Below are positions 56,604 to 59,416 of a DNA stretch of 59,416 bases, one piece after another; within the stretch, counting starts at the first letter, position 1, and every line of letters starts with the position of its first letter. This DNA is from Piromyces finnis finn (lineage: Eukaryota; Fungi; Neocallimastigomycota), in NCBI GenBank assembly GCA_002104945.1, contig MCFH01000103.1, positions 1 to 59,416 on the forward strand, read 5' to 3'. A model generated the notes under the pieces. That model ran no database searches and was not told the DNA's origin. It saw only the letters and a list, made by a program, of their open reading frames with translations. A program made the translations under genes and the position numbers.

Positions 56604-57221
56604 TGTAAAGATATCAAACGCCACAGATTGATATCTTTAATGTAACTTAAGCCATAAATATTATTGTTTAAGTTACACGAATTATATTACAGAAAAAGAA
56701 AATGGGACATAATTTATTTATTAATAATTAAAGTTTAAAACAAAATAAATTATTAATTTATTCTTAATGTTTAACAAATAAATTAAAATTCTCAATTCAA
56801 ACCCCTAGTTTTAGTATTGTTTTGTAATAGAAATAGACATCTAGTATATAATTATTAAATGTTTAATATATCAATAATACATGGGCACATATTCAAATTG
56901 AATAGTACTTAATTTGAATTGCCAATTGTATTTTACTAAAAATAGTTATAGTCTAAATATTTATTAATAATTAAGATTTTAGTGTAGATTTTAAATAATA
57001 ATATAGAAGAAATAAATAGTTATAATATAATATAAATGTATTTAGGAAAAATATAAATAGAAGATATTTTTCATCATTTTATCGATGTAATTGTTATTAA
57101 TAAAATTTCTATTATAATAAAAGATATTTTTTAATAAAACAATTTTATTTCTATTTAAATCTTTGGTGTTATTGTAATAGAATAGATATCCTAATCTATT
57201 CTTTCGGTTTTAAACATTACA
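56604..57221 (+). mobile_element. Mirror copy of the solo B LTR
   Basis: Reverse complement of 48571-49188, TSD TTTAT. Confidence 0.85.
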
Positions 57222-59416
57222 TTTATTATTTAAAACAATAAGTGTAATGAATATAATTAGTCAAAATTAAATGCATAAGATAAATAATAAGTAAATAAAT
57301 TATTTATATTAATTATATGTACGTAAAGAATAATAATTAAATAAATTTATAATATTAATTAAATATATAAGAATATAACAAGTAAATAAATTTTATATAA
57401 GTGTATATAAAATTAATATTTTAAGTAAATCATAAATATTAATTAAATGAATGAAATACTAAATAATTTAATGAATTATTAGTAATAGTTGAATGTATAT
57501 AAAATAATAATTTAAATAAATTTGTATTAAATAATAAGAAATAATAATTATTCAATTATGAATAATTAATATTTCTTACATTGTAAAAGGTTTTATTATG
57601 TAAAATATTGTATTAATAGAATAATGTATTTAATACGTATTTAAAATAATGTACAATGTATTGAATTAATGTACAGTAAATCTTTACAAAATTTATATCA
57701 CAATACATTAACATAAATCTATGTGAAATCTAAAGTTACAATAAAATAATGTATTACAATACATTAACATAAATTTATGTAAATTTAATTTTATGATAAG
57801 ATAAAGTTTTTGATGATAAAATAAATTTTTTAAATTAAGTAATTTTTAACCAATAAATATTTTAGATAAGAAAAAATTTTTTTTATAAACTAAGCCTCAA
57901 AATTAGAAATAAATAAATTAAATATATGTTTGAAATATAATCAACCATATAGTAAATAAATCAAAACTTTATTTTAAGTTTAGAAAATTCTTTAGTAAAT
58001 AAATTTAATTTAAATAGTTTAATACAAATAATTTCTTTTAATAAATACATAAATGTAAACAATGTAAAATTATAATATTAAAACATGTATATTAGAATTT
58101 ATTCAATTTATTTAAAAAGTATAAATAAAGAAAATTTTTCAACTATTTAAACGATAGTTGGAAAATCATATAGTTTAGTTATATAGTTAGTTTAGATTAT
58201 TAGTTTTAGTTTAATTAGTTAATAATTGATTACCAAGTGAGGGCTCTGGTGAAATAGCCTTCACGGTAAAGTAATCAACGGTTGTTTTAGTTTAGTTTAG
58301 TTTAATATAATTTAATAAATAAATAAAGTTTAATAATTAATAAATTTATAACTATGTTTAGTTTAATTTAGTGTATACAAACCTGAACTTAGAATAGAAT
58401 ATTTTACAATTAGTAATTAATATATGATTTATAAAAGGATTAGATATTATGTCATGAATATTAGTGGATTCATGATAATTTATTTAAATAATTGTAAAAG
58501 TTTTACTAAACTTATAATTTAATATTAAAATATTAAATTAAATAAAAGGTTAAAAGATAACTAGGTTAGAAAAAAAAATGTTTTATTAAAATAATCTTAA
58601 TTGATTTATAAATGAATAATTAAATTATATATTATGATTAAAATAAGTTCTTTTATTTTATTTAATAATATATTGCTTAATATATAATAATAAGATTATT
58701 TAGTAGTATTCATTAAGTATTAATTATTATTAATAGTTAATAATTTCTAGTTAATAATCTATAGTTAATAATTTAATAATTTATGGATAATAATCTTTTG
58801 TTAATAATTTATAGTTAATAATTTATAGTTAATAATCTTTACAAAGATTTTAATTTCATAAACTATTCTAAACTATTTATACTATTTGTAATTTTACATT
58901 TAATAATAAAATAACTTTTCAATACATGATTATATTCATAATATATTTTATAATACTTAAACTAAACTTAAGACTTATTCTTAATTATTAAAAAATAACT
59001 ATTGTTTATAATATTCATAATATTAATTATTTCTTAATTATAATATAATTCATTGAATATAATATTAATAATTATAATCTTCTAGTTCAAAGATTATAAA
59101 TTATGTTGTTGAAATAATTATTATAAAATAAAGTTAATTAGTTCCGGAAAATAATTTTAATTCAATTAAACAATAATTTTTATACTTTGAGTGAATGATT
59201 TATGTTTGATATATCAGGGGTGATCATTCTCTGAATAAACAATTAATCATTGCTAACAAAATATCTTTAAATTGGAATATCTCGTGAACCAGCAGAGATA
59301 TTGACCTGATTTTAAGATATGTTGTTTGTCTCGAGCGTGGCTTTCTAACGAACGTAATTATAACCAAAATATTATTATTCAAAAATCGTCATTCGTTGAG
59401 GAGATACGCGTGTTTT

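Larger units (their letters stand above)
52940..59416. repeat. Right arm of the giant inverted repeat (runs to the window end)
   Basis: Exact mirror from about 54905 outward; many 1-nt homopolymer indels in 52940-54900. Confidence 0.95.

Overview
The window is extremely AT-rich eukaryotic DNA with no recognisable host gene. It is almost entirely a nested pile of Ty3/Gypsy chromovirus-type LTR retrotransposons (Tf1/sushi/MAGGY-like; gag-PR-RT-RNaseH-IN order, with or without a chromodomain). The composition suggests an early-diverging fungus such as a Neocallimastigomycete anaerobic gut fungus; this is inference only. From TG...CA LTR termini and 5-bp target-site duplications (TSDs) I resolve seven families (my labels A-G) in three nests. 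Nest 1: B1 contains D in its 5' LTR, and D contains A1 in its pol; the 5' parts lie upstream of the window. Nest 2: E (14643-46119, minus, TSD AAAAT) carries F (TSD ATTAT) and C (TSD CAATA) side by side in the first 20 bp of its 5' LTR. F contains A2 (TSD ATATC). C contains a solo B LTR (TSD TAAAG), which contains A3 (TSD CGTTT), giving four levels. Nest 3: G carries a solo B LTR (TSD ATAAA) and is folded into a palindrome with arms of about 6.5 kb and a centre at about 52863-52939. The inner right arm is full of homopolymer indels, so the palindrome is probably a long-read fold-back artefact. No family has a tRNA primer-binding site. All five families with a visible 5' LTR have an 11-12 nt PBS complementary to a sequence 35-42 nt after the LTR TATA-like box, i.e. 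Tf1-style self-priming. LTRs begin with hairpins, and three independent insertions by three families landed at LTR positions 10-19. A2 and A3 look intact and very young; A1, B1, C, E and G carry inactivating lesions.
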